A stretch of 64,000 bases of DNA, from the NCBI GenBank assembly GCA_964491805.1, contig CAZBGU010000001.1, positions 91,023 to 155,022 of the forward strand, in the 5' to 3' direction. The notes below the pieces were generated by a model, which saw only the letters and a list, made by a program, of their open reading frames with translations, had not been told where the DNA came from and ran no database searches. This document shows positions 38,838 to 48,548 of the stretch, in pieces (within the stretch, counting starts at the first letter, position 1; the number at the start of each line of letters is the position of its first letter). A program made the translations under genes and the position numbers. This stretch comes from an uncultured Candidatus Saccharibacteria bacterium. Its GTDB lineage: Bacteria > Patescibacteriota > Minisyncoccia > Phycocordibacterales > UBA5272.

Positions 38838-41249
38838 ATGAAATTTTCAAAGAATTGGTTGCAAGATTATATTGTTGAATCACTTCCTTCTGATGAAGTG
38901 ATTGAGTCAGAGCTTAATAAGAAAGCTTTTGAGGTTGAGGGGGTTGCTGTGGTTGCGCGACCAAGAGTCGCACAAGTAGATGCAGGCAATACTGATACAG
39001 TTTTTGATATTAAGGTATTACCAAACCGTGCACATGATGCACTCGGTCATCATGGTTTGGCATATGAACTATGTGCTTCCCTCGGCCTCACCTTTAACAA
39101 GGAGAAGGACGTTATTGATGATCAGTCATATTATGACAAAAGCGTTGAAGGGGTATCTGTTTCAATAGAAGATCATTTGTCGTGCTCTCGATTTATGTCT
39201 GTACGAATTGATCATGTTGTAGTTGAGGAGAGTCCGGAATGGTTACAAGAGAGACTTGCAGCAATAGGGCAGAGAAGCATTAACACTATTGTTGACATCA
39301 CAAACTATGTGCAATTTTCATTAAATAAACCAATGCATGCATACGACGCTCGCACCATTAAAGGTACGCTGTCTGCACGTATGGCAAAGAAGGGAGAAGA
39401 GTTACTTACACTCGATGACAAACATCTTATCCTTGATGAGCATACGCTTGTAATTGCTGATGATGAGAAAGTTCTTGGTCTTGCTGGAATTAAAGGTGGA
39501 AAATATAGTGGTATTCAAAGCGATACAACGAGCATTATTCTTGAGAGTGCTAATTTTGATCCTGTTCTTATCAGAAAAACATCAGAACGATATGGTATTA
39601 AGACGGATGCTTCGAAGCGATTTGAGAATGGGATCGCAAACAACCTTGTTATTGAGGGTTTACATATGACCTCAAATCTCATTCATGCTTTATGTGGAAG
39701 CGCACACAAAGGTCAGGTAACTGATGTGTATCCAAAAAAAGATACACCGTATTATGTTGGTATTTCAAAGTTAGAGCTCAATAATATTCTCGGCACATCA
39801 TATTCTGATGAAGATATATCAAAAACTCTTACGAGACTCTCATTTCCTTACGAGGTGATCGTTCCTCATGAATATATTACAACAACATACCCAGCACTTA
39901 TAGGCGCAGGATATAAGAACCCATCGAGCATGCGAGAAGATGCTCCTCATTTGTTTAGCTGCTCTTCTCTGGTGAGTTATCTGTATAAAGGTATTTGGAT
40001 GCCTAGCCTTTCTATAGATAAGTTTGTCTTTTCGAAGCGAATCACAAGGGAAGAGTTACGTTTTGGCGATCTTATTTTTACAAACACAAATGAAGGAGTT
40101 ATCCGATATGAGTCGGTTGAGTTTATGCGAGGAACTAAAGTTCCTGAAGGAGTTGATCATGTCGCTATGTACTGCGGCGACGGTGTTGTTATACATGCGA
40201 CAAAAGTAAAAGGAATGGTAGTAAAAGAATCTCTCGATACATTTGTAAATGGAAGAAATATCGTTGGGTACGGAAGAGTAGTTGATGATCTCTATGAAAA
40301 ACGTTATGTTGTCCGTGTCCCTTCCGTGCGGCTTGATATTCGTATAAAGGAAGATCTTGCCGAAGAGGTTGGTCGCATCATTGGTTATGATAAGCTAACC
40401 CCGTCACTTCCAAACCTTTCTCGAAAAGGTGTATTACCAAAGGTAACACATTACGAGAATAAAGTTCGTGAGATACTCTTTGCACATGGGTTTTCAGAAG
40501 TAATTACGTATTCATTTGGAGATGTTGGTGAAGTGGAGCTTATGAAGGGTCTAGCCGACGATAAGGAGAAGTTGCGATCAAATCTTGGGAAAGGTGTTCA
40601 TGATGCGGTTATGCGCGGTCTTTATAATGCTCCTCTTCTTGGTCAAAAAACAATTAAAATTTTTGAATTTGGTAATGTGTTTACAGGGGGTAAAGAAGTT
40701 AAACATTTAGCTATCGCTCTTGATGATGGTGGTAAGAAAACTAGTTTTACCGAAGAGCTGGAGATGATTCTCGCTGCAATCAAGAGAACACTTCCTGTTA
40801 TATCAATAGAATGTGATACTGTTTCTACGAAACCATATGTTATCGAGATTGACTTTGATACACTAATCTCATCACTTCCAGACCCAACATCATATGAAGC
40901 TCCTATTTATTGTTTACCGTCAAATCATGAATCAGATGCTTCGTCTCGCTTTGTTTATAAGCCCGTCTCTCCTTATCCGTTTATTTCTCGTGATATTGCT
41001 GTGTGGGTACCTGTTTCTGTCTCATGGGAGGATATCAGAGGTTTTTGTGATCAAGTTGGGAATGCTCTTGTTGTTCGTATTGATTTATTTGATACGTTCA
41101 CAAAGGAGAAAGATGGTGTCACAATGACATCATATGCATTTCGACTCGTATTTCAAAGTTACGACAGGACACTGACAGATGATGAAGTAAACACGTGTGT
41201 GCAAGAGTATCACCAAATCTTACAAGAGAAAGGGTACGAGATTAGATAG
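38838..41249 (+). CDS. pheT: phenylalanine--tRNA ligase beta subunit with inserted NlpC/P60-like domain
   Basis: 803 aa. MKFSKNWLQDYI start; B3/4, B5, B6-7 and C-terminal FDX-ACB regions recognisable. About 150 aa inserted in B5 (39873-40330) carry LFSCSSLVSYLY...GDLIF...HVAMYCGDGVVIHA. Confidence 0.85.
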   Translation: MKFSKNWLQDYIVESLPSDEVIESELNKKAFEVEGVAVVARPRVAQVDAGNTDTVFDIKVLPNRAHDALGHHGLAYELCASLGLTFNKEKDVIDDQSYYDKSVEGVSVSIEDHLSCSRFMSVRIDHVVVEESPEWLQERLAAIGQRSINTIVDITNYVQFSLNKPMHAYDARTIKGTLSARMAKKGEELLTLDDKHLILDEHTLVIADDEKVLGLAGIKGGKYSGIQSDTTSIILESANFDPVLIRKTSERYGIKTDASKRFENGIANNLVIEGLHMTSNLIHALCGSAHKGQVTDVYPKKDTPYYVGISKLELNNILGTSYSDEDISKTLTRLSFPYEVIVPHEYITTTYPALIGAGYKNPSSMREDAPHLFSCSSLVSYLYKGIWMPSLSIDKFVFSKRITREELRFGDLIFTNTNEGVIRYESVEFMRGTKVPEGVDHVAMYCGDGVVIHATKVKGMVVKESLDTFVNGRNIVGYGRVVDDLYEKRYVVRVPSVRLDIRIKEDLAEEVGRIIGYDKLTPSLPNLSRKGVLPKVTHYENKVREILFAHGFSEVITYSFGDVGEVELMKGLADDKEKLRSNLGKGVHDAVMRGLYNAPLLGQKTIKIFEFGNVFTGGKEVKHLAIALDDGGKKTSFTEELEMILAAIKRTLPVISIECDTVSTKPYVIEIDFDTLISSLPDPTSYEAPIYCLPSNHESDASSRFVYKPVSPYPFISRDIAVWVPVSVSWEDIRGFCDQVGNALVVRIDLFDTFTKEKDGVTMTSYAFRLVFQSYDRTLTDDEVNTCVQEYHQILQEKGYEIR

Positions 41250-41394
41250 CAAAAGCTTTTCACTATGCATGTATTTTGTAAAAAGAGTTTGTATAGTTGG
41301 TAATTTTCTGGTGCTTAATCATAACACGCCTCTATACAAGAGTATATTTTCGTGTTTTTGCATGTTTTTGTAGGAAAGGTATACTAGTAGTCAT

Positions 41395-41925
41395 ATGAAA
41401 AGATATGTACCGATTGTTATAGGTGTTGTTGCTCTTTGTGTTATTTTATTTATAGGGAATGATCAAATGAAAAGCAAGAATGATACTGCTAATGAGGAAC
41501 AAAAGACCGAAGTAGCTCTCACTTCTTTTTCGGGTAAAGTTACAAGAATGTATGAAGGGGAAAACGTGCTTGAGTATGGTTTTGACGTGCCAGCATCAGC
41601 GACTACAACGGTAGAGAAAGACGGAGCTCTTGTTAAGGTAACGGATAATGGGGTTCCGCTTGTTGCGGCATATTTTAGTTATGAAGGTGGCCGAGGATAT
41701 TCACCAGAAGATTATATTACAAATAACATTGTTCCAAGCGTTGCTGCGGTAACCGATATGGGCACAACAACGGTTGGTTCACATGAATGGACTGTCGCTG
41801 AGTCTGAGTGGTCAGTTTGGCATGTTGCTAAGTCATCTAATGGTCAGTGGTTAATTGTTGTAGAAAACAAAAAAACAGATACTGAAAAAGCAAAGACGAT
41901 TCTTGAGAGCCTTACTACAAAATAA
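41395..41925 (+). CDS. hypothetical secreted protein
   Basis: 176 aa with signal anchor. Confidence 0.45.
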   Translation: MKRYVPIVIGVVALCVILFIGNDQMKSKNDTANEEQKTEVALTSFSGKVTRMYEGENVLEYGFDVPASATTTVEKDGALVKVTDNGVPLVAAYFSYEGGRGYSPEDYITNNIVPSVAAVTDMGTTTVGSHEWTVAESEWSVWHVAKSSNGQWLIVVENKKTDTEKAKTILESLTTK

Positions 41926-41941
41926 TAATTACTAATAAAAA

Positions 41942-41978
41942 CAAAATGCACCACAAACAATATGGTGCATTTTGTTTT
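41942..41978 (+). terminator. rho-independent terminator
   Basis: CAAAATGCACCA caaacaata TGGTGCATTTTG followed by TTTTGG. Confidence 0.7.
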
Positions 41979-42004
41979 GGTGATAAACGTGATAGATTGG
42001 TGTA

Positions 42005-43045
42005 ATGATGGAAGCTCGCAAGAAGGTGTATGTTGGTATGTCAGGCGGAGTAGACTCTGCTGTCTCCGCTCTTTTGTTAAAGGAGAGAGGGTATGACGTT
42101 ACGGGGGTCTTTATTAAGGTTTGGCAACCTGATTTTATTGAGTGCACGTGGAAGAAGGACAGATTAGATGCAATGCGGGTTGCATCTGTACTTGATATAC
42201 CTTTTATAACACTAGATCTCGAAAGGGAATATAAGGAAGGAGTGATCGACTATATGATTGGTGAGTATCGTGCAGGAAGGACCCCTAATCCAGATGTTAT
42301 GTGTAATGCACAGGTAAAGTTCGGTGCATTTTATTCATGGGCAAAATCTCATGGTGCTGACTATATTGCAACAGGTCATTATGCAGAGCATGATGGGGAA
42401 TCCTTATTGAAGAGTAAGGACGAGAATAAAGACCAGACATACTTTTTGTGGGCGGTAAAAAAAGAAATACTTTCTTCAGTATTGTTTCCTGTAGGTAAGA
42501 TGGAAAAGTCACAGGTTCGTGCACGTGCATCTTTGCACGGTCTTCCTGTTAGTGAAAAGAAAGATAGTCAAGGTCTTTGTTTTGTCGGGACAATTGATAT
42601 TAAGACCCTGCTTAAGCAGTATATCGAGGAAAAAAAGGGAGATGTACTTAGTGAAAGTGGCGATGTCATAGGGACGCATGACGGGGTAATGTTCTTTACA
42701 ATTGGGGAGCGTCACGGATTTGTTATTACAAAAAAAACAACAGATGACACTCCGTATTTTGTTATAGCAAAGGACATAGAGCGCAATACACTTACAGTAT
42801 CACACTCTGCCCCACATGAAGATCAAGGCGATATTATTGCTATTGAAAAAACAAATTGGACGCAAGTACCAAAAATAGGTCACATCTACCGTGCACGAGC
42901 ACGATATAGAGCGCCATATGCGTCAGTAGAAGTTATTGATAGTCACCATATGAGGGTTGTAGATGGTTTTATTACAAAAACATCAGGTCAATCACTTGTT
43001 CTTTATGATGGTGATAGATGTATTGGCGGAGGTATTATCTCTTAG
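42005..43045 (+). CDS. mnmA: tRNA 2-thiouridine(34) synthase
   Basis: 346 aa. PP-loop VGMSGGVDSAV; conserved Cys positions. Confidence 0.9.
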   Translation: MMEARKKVYVGMSGGVDSAVSALLLKERGYDVTGVFIKVWQPDFIECTWKKDRLDAMRVASVLDIPFITLDLEREYKEGVIDYMIGEYRAGRTPNPDVMCNAQVKFGAFYSWAKSHGADYIATGHYAEHDGESLLKSKDENKDQTYFLWAVKKEILSSVLFPVGKMEKSQVRARASLHGLPVSEKKDSQGLCFVGTIDIKTLLKQYIEEKKGDVLSESGDVIGTHDGVMFFTIGERHGFVITKKTTDDTPYFVIAKDIERNTLTVSHSAPHEDQGDIIAIEKTNWTQVPKIGHIYRARARYRAPYASVEVIDSHHMRVVDGFITKTSGQSLVLYDGDRCIGGGIIS

Positions 43046-43088
43046 AGGAGACTAAGTTATCCTTAATGTAAGATTACCGGGCTGTCTT

Positions 43089-43922
43089 TTATACATACGA
43101 GGAAAGATTCTTTTGTTTTTTTAGATTTTGTATTTTTTTAATGATAGCTTGCGAAGCCTCCAGAGTTTTCTCCTGTAAGGTTTCAAACTCGTAGTTAAGT
43201 ATTCCGGGGTCAAAGGGTATCTCACCGAGAATAATTGTTGAGTTTTTTTCAATAAAATTATTATAAAAATCATTACCATCTGGCTTATTGACCACTGCAT
43301 AACACGGAATCATTGTTTTTGAACATATTGTTTTAATTTGTTCAAAGACTTTTACACTGTTTCTGTGTGGCTCGACAACGCCAATTACTGCGTCAATTCC
43401 TGCATAAAGTCCGTAGTTAAGCATATCTGCACCAGCAACACTATCTATAACCACGAAAGCGTCATGTTCATCAAGAAAGCCAAGATAATATTTTAATGGT
43501 CCAGAAAGCCCGTGTGCGCACGATGATTGAAAGAGAACCTCAGGACTTCCAAGTCCCATGTTTATCAGTGAGAGATAAGGGGAAAGCTTTACTGTAATGG
43601 AATCCGTATAGGAATCTAGTGGGGTTACAGAAAACCGTGGAGTGTGTGTATGTGTTTCTTTGCGACTACTACAACAGGTTTTAATGGCATTACTCATGAA
43701 CTCTTTATCACTTTTTTCCATACGAGGTGTAAGTTCAGGGTCAGTCCCCAAATTAGAAGTTAGGTCCATGTTGTGATCTGCGTCAATAGCAAGTGTGGGG
43801 GTCTTATTAGCTTCTAGGGTCTTAATAATAAGCCATGAGGTGCTACTTTTCCCACTACCACCCTTACCAACAAAAGCAATTTTCATATTATTTATACTAG
43901 CAAAGTGTGTTATCTGTTGCAA
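43089..43922 (-). CDS. MinD/ParA/CooC-like P-loop ATPase (putative metal-centre assembly or partition ATPase)
   Basis: 277 aa. Deviant Walker A VGKGGSGKSS. Co-oriented with the ZIP transporter gene. Confidence 0.6.
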   Translation of the reverse strand: MQQITHFASINNMKIAFVGKGGSGKSSTSWLIIKTLEANKTPTLAIDADHNMDLTSNLGTDPELTPRMEKSDKEFMSNAIKTCCSSRKETHTHTPRFSVTPLDSYTDSITVKLSPYLSLINMGLGSPEVLFQSSCAHGLSGPLKYYLGFLDEHDAFVVIDSVAGADMLNYGLYAGIDAVIGVVEPHRNSVKVFEQIKTICSKTMIPCYAVVNKPDGNDFYNNFIEKNSTIILGEIPFDPGILNYEFETLQEKTLEASQAIIKKIQNLKKQKNLSSYV

Positions 43923-43933
43923 TTAGTTTGCAA

Positions 43934-44635
43934 TTAGTTGTGCATGTGGTCATCATGTGGTGTATGAGTACTGGGGTGTTGTACATGGAATCTGACTTCA
44001 AGATATATAATCCACAGCACAATCGCAGCAAGTGAAGAAACGCTCGCAATTTCAAGGGCGTGGAACTGTTCTTCGTTAATTTGTTTACCAAGAAGATAGG
44101 TAAGTGTTGCTGCAACGGGAGATCCAATTTGTGCCGCCGCTCCGTAGACAATGGTGCGCTTGATAGACATCCCGAGGCTTCTAAACAGAGTAAGTGTACC
44201 AAGTATCTTAGGGAGTTCATGGGTGATGATGCCAAGTGTGGCCGCATATCCGAATATTGGATTAACAAGGTAAGTTCCTCCAATAACAGCACCATCTAGA
44301 AGTGAATGGAAAGATTCGCTTATGACAATACCTTTTGCACCTTCAGTGCTTACTTCGTGATGGTGTCCATGTGAAAATCTGGATAAAATAAAGAGTGTAA
44401 GGGCGCCAGCGGCAACGCTGACGAGAACATCTGATAAAGTGAGAGTGTTACCATCTTCATTAAAAGTATTAAGTGCGGTAATAAGGAGAAGTGCAGTTCC
44501 GATGACAAGAAGAAGAATCTTGAGGCGTCCTTGTATGACATTCCTACGAAGAAGGAGTGTAAGAAGCGCAAGAAGTGGCAATGTGCTTGCGCTAAGCACC
44601 ATAAGAAAGAATGGGGCATGAGAAGAAAACTGCAT
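43934..44635 (-). CDS. zupT: ZIP-family divalent metal (zinc) transporter
   Basis: 233 aa. HSLLDGAVIGG and ITHELPKILG motifs of ZupT-like permeases. Confidence 0.8.
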   Translation of the reverse strand: MQFSSHAPFFLMVLSASTLPLLALLTLLLRRNVIQGRLKILLLVIGTALLLITALNTFNEDGNTLTLSDVLVSVAAGALTLFILSRFSHGHHHEVSTEGAKGIVISESFHSLLDGAVIGGTYLVNPIFGYAATLGIITHELPKILGTLTLFRSLGMSIKRTIVYGAAAQIGSPVAATLTYLLGKQINEEQFHALEIASVSSLAAIVLWIIYLEVRFHVQHPSTHTPHDDHMHN

Positions 44636-44730
44636 AGTGCTAGCAGTATAGTATTATTGCGAACTACTTGCAAGTACCCTTTTGTGTGGTACACTTGTAT
44701 TGTATAGTGAAATTTTAGCAGGTATATATC

Positions 44731-45159
44731 ATGGCAATTTATTCAAAGGAAGAATTGGAAACAATGTTACAGGAAGCCGGTCTTCGTGTGACTGATCATC
44801 GTGTAGCTGTCCTTGCATCTGTTGCAAAAGTTAGGCAGCCGATTACGGTGTATGAGCTTGTAGATGTGTTACGTAAGAAGAATAATATTGACCAGGCAAC
44901 GGTATATCGTAATCTTTCCTCGCTACATGAAGCAGGACTACTTCGGCGTCTCGACTTTAATCACGGCCATGCTCACTATGAGCTCGAGACAGGGCGTGCG
45001 TCGCATCAGCTTGTATGTCACTCATGTGAGACTATTGAGAAGATAGAGGGGATATCAGTCGACGATGCTGTTAAAAAGATGCTTAAGAAAAGCAAGAAAT
45101 TTAAAAATATGACGACACATTCTATAGAAATATATGGAACATGCAAGAAGTGTGTGTAG
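44731..45159 (+). CDS. Fur-family metalloregulator (Zur/Fur)
   Basis: 142 aa. Winged helix TVYRNLSSLHEAGLL, HGHAHYEL metal site, C-terminal CxxC...CxxC. Confidence 0.8.
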   Translation: MAIYSKEELETMLQEAGLRVTDHRVAVLASVAKVRQPITVYELVDVLRKKNNIDQATVYRNLSSLHEAGLLRRLDFNHGHAHYELETGRASHQLVCHSCETIEKIEGISVDDAVKKMLKKSKKFKNMTTHSIEIYGTCKKCV

Positions 45160-45248
45160 GAGAAGCAAGGAGTTTAACACTAGAAGTTGTAAGAATGCGG
45201 GTATATTTTTTCAGCAATGGGTTCGCATTTTTTGATATACTTTAGTTT

Positions 45249-45707
45249 GTGATACATATCAATCAGCAAGCACCGCCATTTTCTCTTCCAGATCAAGACG
45301 GTAAGATACATACATTGGAAGATTATAAAGGAAAGAAAGTATTACTTTACTTTTATCCAAAGGATGACACTCCGGGATGCATGATAGAGGCGTGTAGTTT
45401 TCGTGATAACTATCAGGCATTACAAGACAGCGGTCTTGTTGTGCTCGGCGTCAGTAAGGACAGTACGAAAAGTCATAAAAAGTTTGTGGAAAAGTACAAG
45501 CTTCCTTTTTCACTTCTTTCTGATGTTGAAGGTGTGGTGTGTGCGGCTTACGGTGTTTGGCAAAAGAAAAAGTTTATGGGTCGAGAATATATGGGCATTG
45601 AACGAACAAGTTTTTTAATTGATAAGAGCGGTGTCATCGAGAAGTTGTACGAAACTGTTAAACCAAAGATTCATGTCGACGAGGTAAAAGTAGATGTTGG
45701 AGCATAA
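45249..45707 (+). CDS. bcp: peroxiredoxin Bcp (AhpC/TSA family)
   Basis: 152 aa. FYPKDDTPGC peroxidatic Cys motif. Apparent GTG start. Confidence 0.8.
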   Translation: MIHINQQAPPFSLPDQDGKIHTLEDYKGKKVLLYFYPKDDTPGCMIEACSFRDNYQALQDSGLVVLGVSKDSTKSHKKFVEKYKLPFSLLSDVEGVVCAAYGVWQKKKFMGREYMGIERTSFLIDKSGVIEKLYETVKPKIHVDEVKVDVGA

Positions 45708-45774
45708 CCGCAGTGTTGAAAATGGCAATAATGAAAGTATATATATTTGCTGTATAAAATTAGAATGTGAAAAG

Positions 45775-45795
45775 GCGCGCTCGCGCGCGCCTTAC
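45775..45795 (-). terminator. GC hairpin terminator for the minus-strand GC-rich gene
   Basis: GGCGCGC tcgc GCGCGCC. On the minus strand it is followed by TTTT. Confidence 0.5.
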
Positions 45796-45813
45796 CCTTT
45801 CGGGGTTTCGGGC

Positions 45814-46230
45814 TTACTGCCACGTCTGGTCAAACAGCACCTTGGTCGGTTGCCCGGGGTCGATCTTTTTCTTCCGGGCTTTGATCCCTTGATCGATGTA
45901 GTCGACGAACGATTTCGCATGATCGCTGTTGCATGGGGAGAATTCCCTGCCCCCAGAGCTCAAATAATGGGTCTGGGTACGCGGATCGTATGTAACGTCC
46001 ACCTTGCCCACGATCGGAACTTCCGTGACCCGTGAAAGCGACACTCGGCCGATCTTGCCGACACGGATCACCAGTCGGCTGCTGGTATTTGCCAGCCAGT
46101 TGAGGAACTTGCCGGCATCTTGCTCTGTGAAGGGTGGCTCTTGCTCTGGGGTCCTTGTTGTACGTTCTGCAACGATTGCCATGGTCACTCTTTCTATCTG
46201 TGTGTGGTCTTGGTTTGGTATCGCCTGCAA
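45814..46230 (-). CDS. hypothetical protein encoded in an anomalously GC-rich patch
   Basis: 138 aa. Local GC clearly above the flanks. Long ORFs also exist on the + strand, so coding strand is tentative. Confidence 0.35.
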   Translation of the reverse strand: MQAIPNQDHTQIERVTMAIVAERTTRTPEQEPPFTEQDAGKFLNWLANTSSRLVIRVGKIGRVSLSRVTEVPIVGKVDVTYDPRTQTHYLSSGGREFSPCNSDHAKSFVDYIDQGIKARKKKIDPGQPTKVLFDQTWQ

Positions 46231-46366
46231 AGCTGCAGGCAGTTCTTTGTCATGAGAGCTTGATAGAATATCAAGATCATAACAGGGTAATACTACAACC
46301 GATTATTATTATTGTAAAGATGTAGTTAGGTATATACTGTGTACATAGAAATAGTAACAAAACGAT

Positions 46367-47140
46367 ATGAATACCTTTAAAGATTTACTAAAAAATAATA
46401 TTGTAGCATTTGGAATTTTGGTTAGCATTGCTTGGGTTGTAAGTTCTGTTGTTCTTGCTGACGGTCTATCACTAATCAATAGACATGATGCAATTTCGGT
46501 AACAGGAACTGCAGAGAGGTTGGTAGAAAGTGATGCAGCAAAGTGGACGTTCACACTCACTAAGCAATCAGCACCAGAGAGTTATGTTTATGTTGCTAAG
46601 CAACTACAAGAAATGAAGACCGTGACAGTCAGGTATCTTATGACTAAGGGTATCGATGAAAAAGATATCACCATTAGTCCCGTCACTTCAAATGTTATAT
46701 GTCAGACACAGAATCAAGTAATGTATGATAGCAATGGAAAGCAGCAGTGTTCTGGCCAGTTTACTTACAACCTTACACAGACAATTACTGTGGAAGGTGA
46801 CAAGGTTAATGAAATACGCGACTTATCACTTAATGCACCTAGCTCACTCGCTCTTCTTGGCGTGCAGATACAGACCGTATCTGTGGATTTCTTTTATACT
46901 AAGTTAGCAAGTATTCGTGCTGAGCTTCTAGAGCTTGCATCCAAAAATGCAAAAGAGCGTGCAGTTGCTATTGCAAAAAGTACTGGCAATAGTATTGGTA
47001 GTGTTAAGGATGCATCTCAGGGGGTATTTCAAGTAACACAAAAAAATAGTACTGATGTCAGCGACTATGGTTCATACGACACATCAACAATTGAGAAAAA
47101 AGTGACTGCTGTTGTACGTGCTAGCTTCGAAGTTAAATAG
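46367..47140 (+). CDS. SIMPL-domain (DUF541) secreted protein
   Basis: 257 aa. Signal anchor then ISVTGTAERLVESDAAKWTF, typical of SIMPL/BP26-like proteins. Confidence 0.6.
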   Translation: MNTFKDLLKNNIVAFGILVSIAWVVSSVVLADGLSLINRHDAISVTGTAERLVESDAAKWTFTLTKQSAPESYVYVAKQLQEMKTVTVRYLMTKGIDEKDITISPVTSNVICQTQNQVMYDSNGKQQCSGQFTYNLTQTITVEGDKVNEIRDLSLNAPSSLALLGVQIQTVSVDFFYTKLASIRAELLELASKNAKERAVAIAKSTGNSIGSVKDASQGVFQVTQKNSTDVSDYGSYDTSTIEKKVTAVVRASFEVK

Positions 47141-47188
47141 CCTTTCGTTCTACATTAAAGTAGAAACCATTATTCTATTGTTTAACTT

Positions 47189-47770
47189 TTAGTGTATGTT
47201 TTCTTTTTCTTCGTATGTGATGTAGAGAGATACCAAACCAAAAATAGCAGTTACTGCAACAATTATACTTTTGAATTCAAACCAGTCGTGGAGTGAAAAA
47301 AAGCGTCGAACAACTTCGTTGCTGAGTGCTATGAGTATGAAATAGGCAATCCAGTATCGTGTAAGCGTATTCCATGCACGGTTTGTCATAGGTATGACTT
47401 CATCAAATGCAAGCTTAAGAAATGGAACGTTGATGATACTACCTGTAATGAGAGTGAGTGCGCATGTCATATCATAGAGGGTGTCACGCATCTGAATGAA
47501 TTTTACTTTATGGAAGTGAAGAGTCATGTATCCAAAAAGTACTGTAATTGCAGCCACGTAGAGCGCAAGATAAGGAATCCTTTTTTGAAGTTGGTATGTA
47601 GCTATTGTTGAAATAATAGTACCCAACATAAGTAGCATGGTAGATCCATAAATAGTCAAATATCCGAATGATGCCAAAAAAAGTAACACAGGTCCAAATT
47701 CTAAAAGACCTGAAAAAACAACATGCTTGAGCATTTTTTTGGAGAACATGGATGACTTCTTTTGATTCAT
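47189..47770 (-). CDS. hypothetical 5-TM membrane protein (YciB/IspZ-like?)
   Basis: 193 aa. Hydrophobic profile; weak resemblance to intracellular septation protein A. Confidence 0.35.
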   Translation of the reverse strand: MNQKKSSMFSKKMLKHVVFSGLLEFGPVLLFLASFGYLTIYGSTMLLMLGTIISTIATYQLQKRIPYLALYVAAITVLFGYMTLHFHKVKFIQMRDTLYDMTCALTLITGSIINVPFLKLAFDEVIPMTNRAWNTLTRYWIAYFILIALSNEVVRRFFSLHDWFEFKSIIVAVTAIFGLVSLYITYEEKENIH

Positions 47771-47802
47771 GGTATGATAAAGTACATTACAGTATAAACG
47801 AT

Positions 47803-48519
47803 ATGCAAAAAATTAAACACCTTTTTTCAAAAATAAAATTTACAACACCGGTAGCAATAGTTTTTGCAGCAGTGATTCTTGCCGCATCTCACATTGGTTA
47901 TGGTTTTGTAATCTCTAACGCAGCACCTGCCACACCAACAACAGCGTTCAAGGGCCGCGCTATTGATGAAAGTGATTTGGCTACAGGAAATGAAAAGGCA
48001 AAAATATTTTTGGTTGAGTATTCGGATACTGAGTGTCCATTTTGTGCACAGCTTTATCCAACTATTAAGCAGATTCATGAAACCTATGGTGATAAGATTG
48101 GTTTTGTGTATCGTTACTTCCCGCTTACACAAATCCACCCAAACTCATTTGAAGAGTCTCGCTCAGTATATTGTGTGGGAAAGGAACTTGGTAACGAGAA
48201 ACGACAGCAGTACATTGATCAGATGTTTGAGTACAAGTGGAGTAAAAAGAATATGACTCTTCCAAAGGGACAAAAGGAGCAGATGGCTATGCAGATCGGT
48301 GTTAACGCTCAAACATATAGTACATGTATGCAGAGCAATGAATCGAAAAATGCAATCGACGCCTCAATTCAAGATGGCATTGCGGCCGGCGTTCAAGGGA
48401 CACCTGCAAGTTTTATTCTTCTTAAGACAAAGAAGGGGTATGAGACTATTTCCCTTGTTGATGGTGCCCGTCCATACGAATTTTTCAAAACCATTATTGA
48501 TGGTGCGCTTGCAAGGTAG
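47803..48519 (+). CDS. DsbA-like thiol:disulfide oxidoreductase
   Basis: CPFC active site within a thioredoxin fold. N-terminal TM. Start moved to the ATG at 47803 to avoid overlap. Confidence 0.75.
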   Translation: MQKIKHLFSKIKFTTPVAIVFAAVILAASHIGYGFVISNAAPATPTTAFKGRAIDESDLATGNEKAKIFLVEYSDTECPFCAQLYPTIKQIHETYGDKIGFVYRYFPLTQIHPNSFEESRSVYCVGKELGNEKRQQYIDQMFEYKWSKKNMTLPKGQKEQMAMQIGVNAQTYSTCMQSNESKNAIDASIQDGIAAGVQGTPASFILLKTKKGYETISLVDGARPYEFFKTIIDGALAR

Positions 48520-48548
48520 GGTGTAGAAGGTAGAGAGGTGCAAGACGA

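Noticed and set aside
38838-41249. Intein in PheT
   Set aside because: The insert lacks the N-terminal Cys/Ser and C-terminal His-Asn plus Cys/Ser/Thr splice-junction residues and the endonuclease motifs. It fits an NlpC/P60-like fold instead.
43897-44295. 132-aa minus ORF overlapping the ZIP transporter gene
   Set aside because: It is out of frame within zupT and the P-loop ATPase gene region, with no independent support.
46270-46290. ATAACAGGGTAAT, a 13-mer identical to the 3' part of the I-SceI homing-endonuclease site
   Set aside because: The 5' TAGGG half is missing, and there is no rRNA or intron context nor a LAGLIDADG ORF. It is treated as coincidence and noted only as a curiosity.
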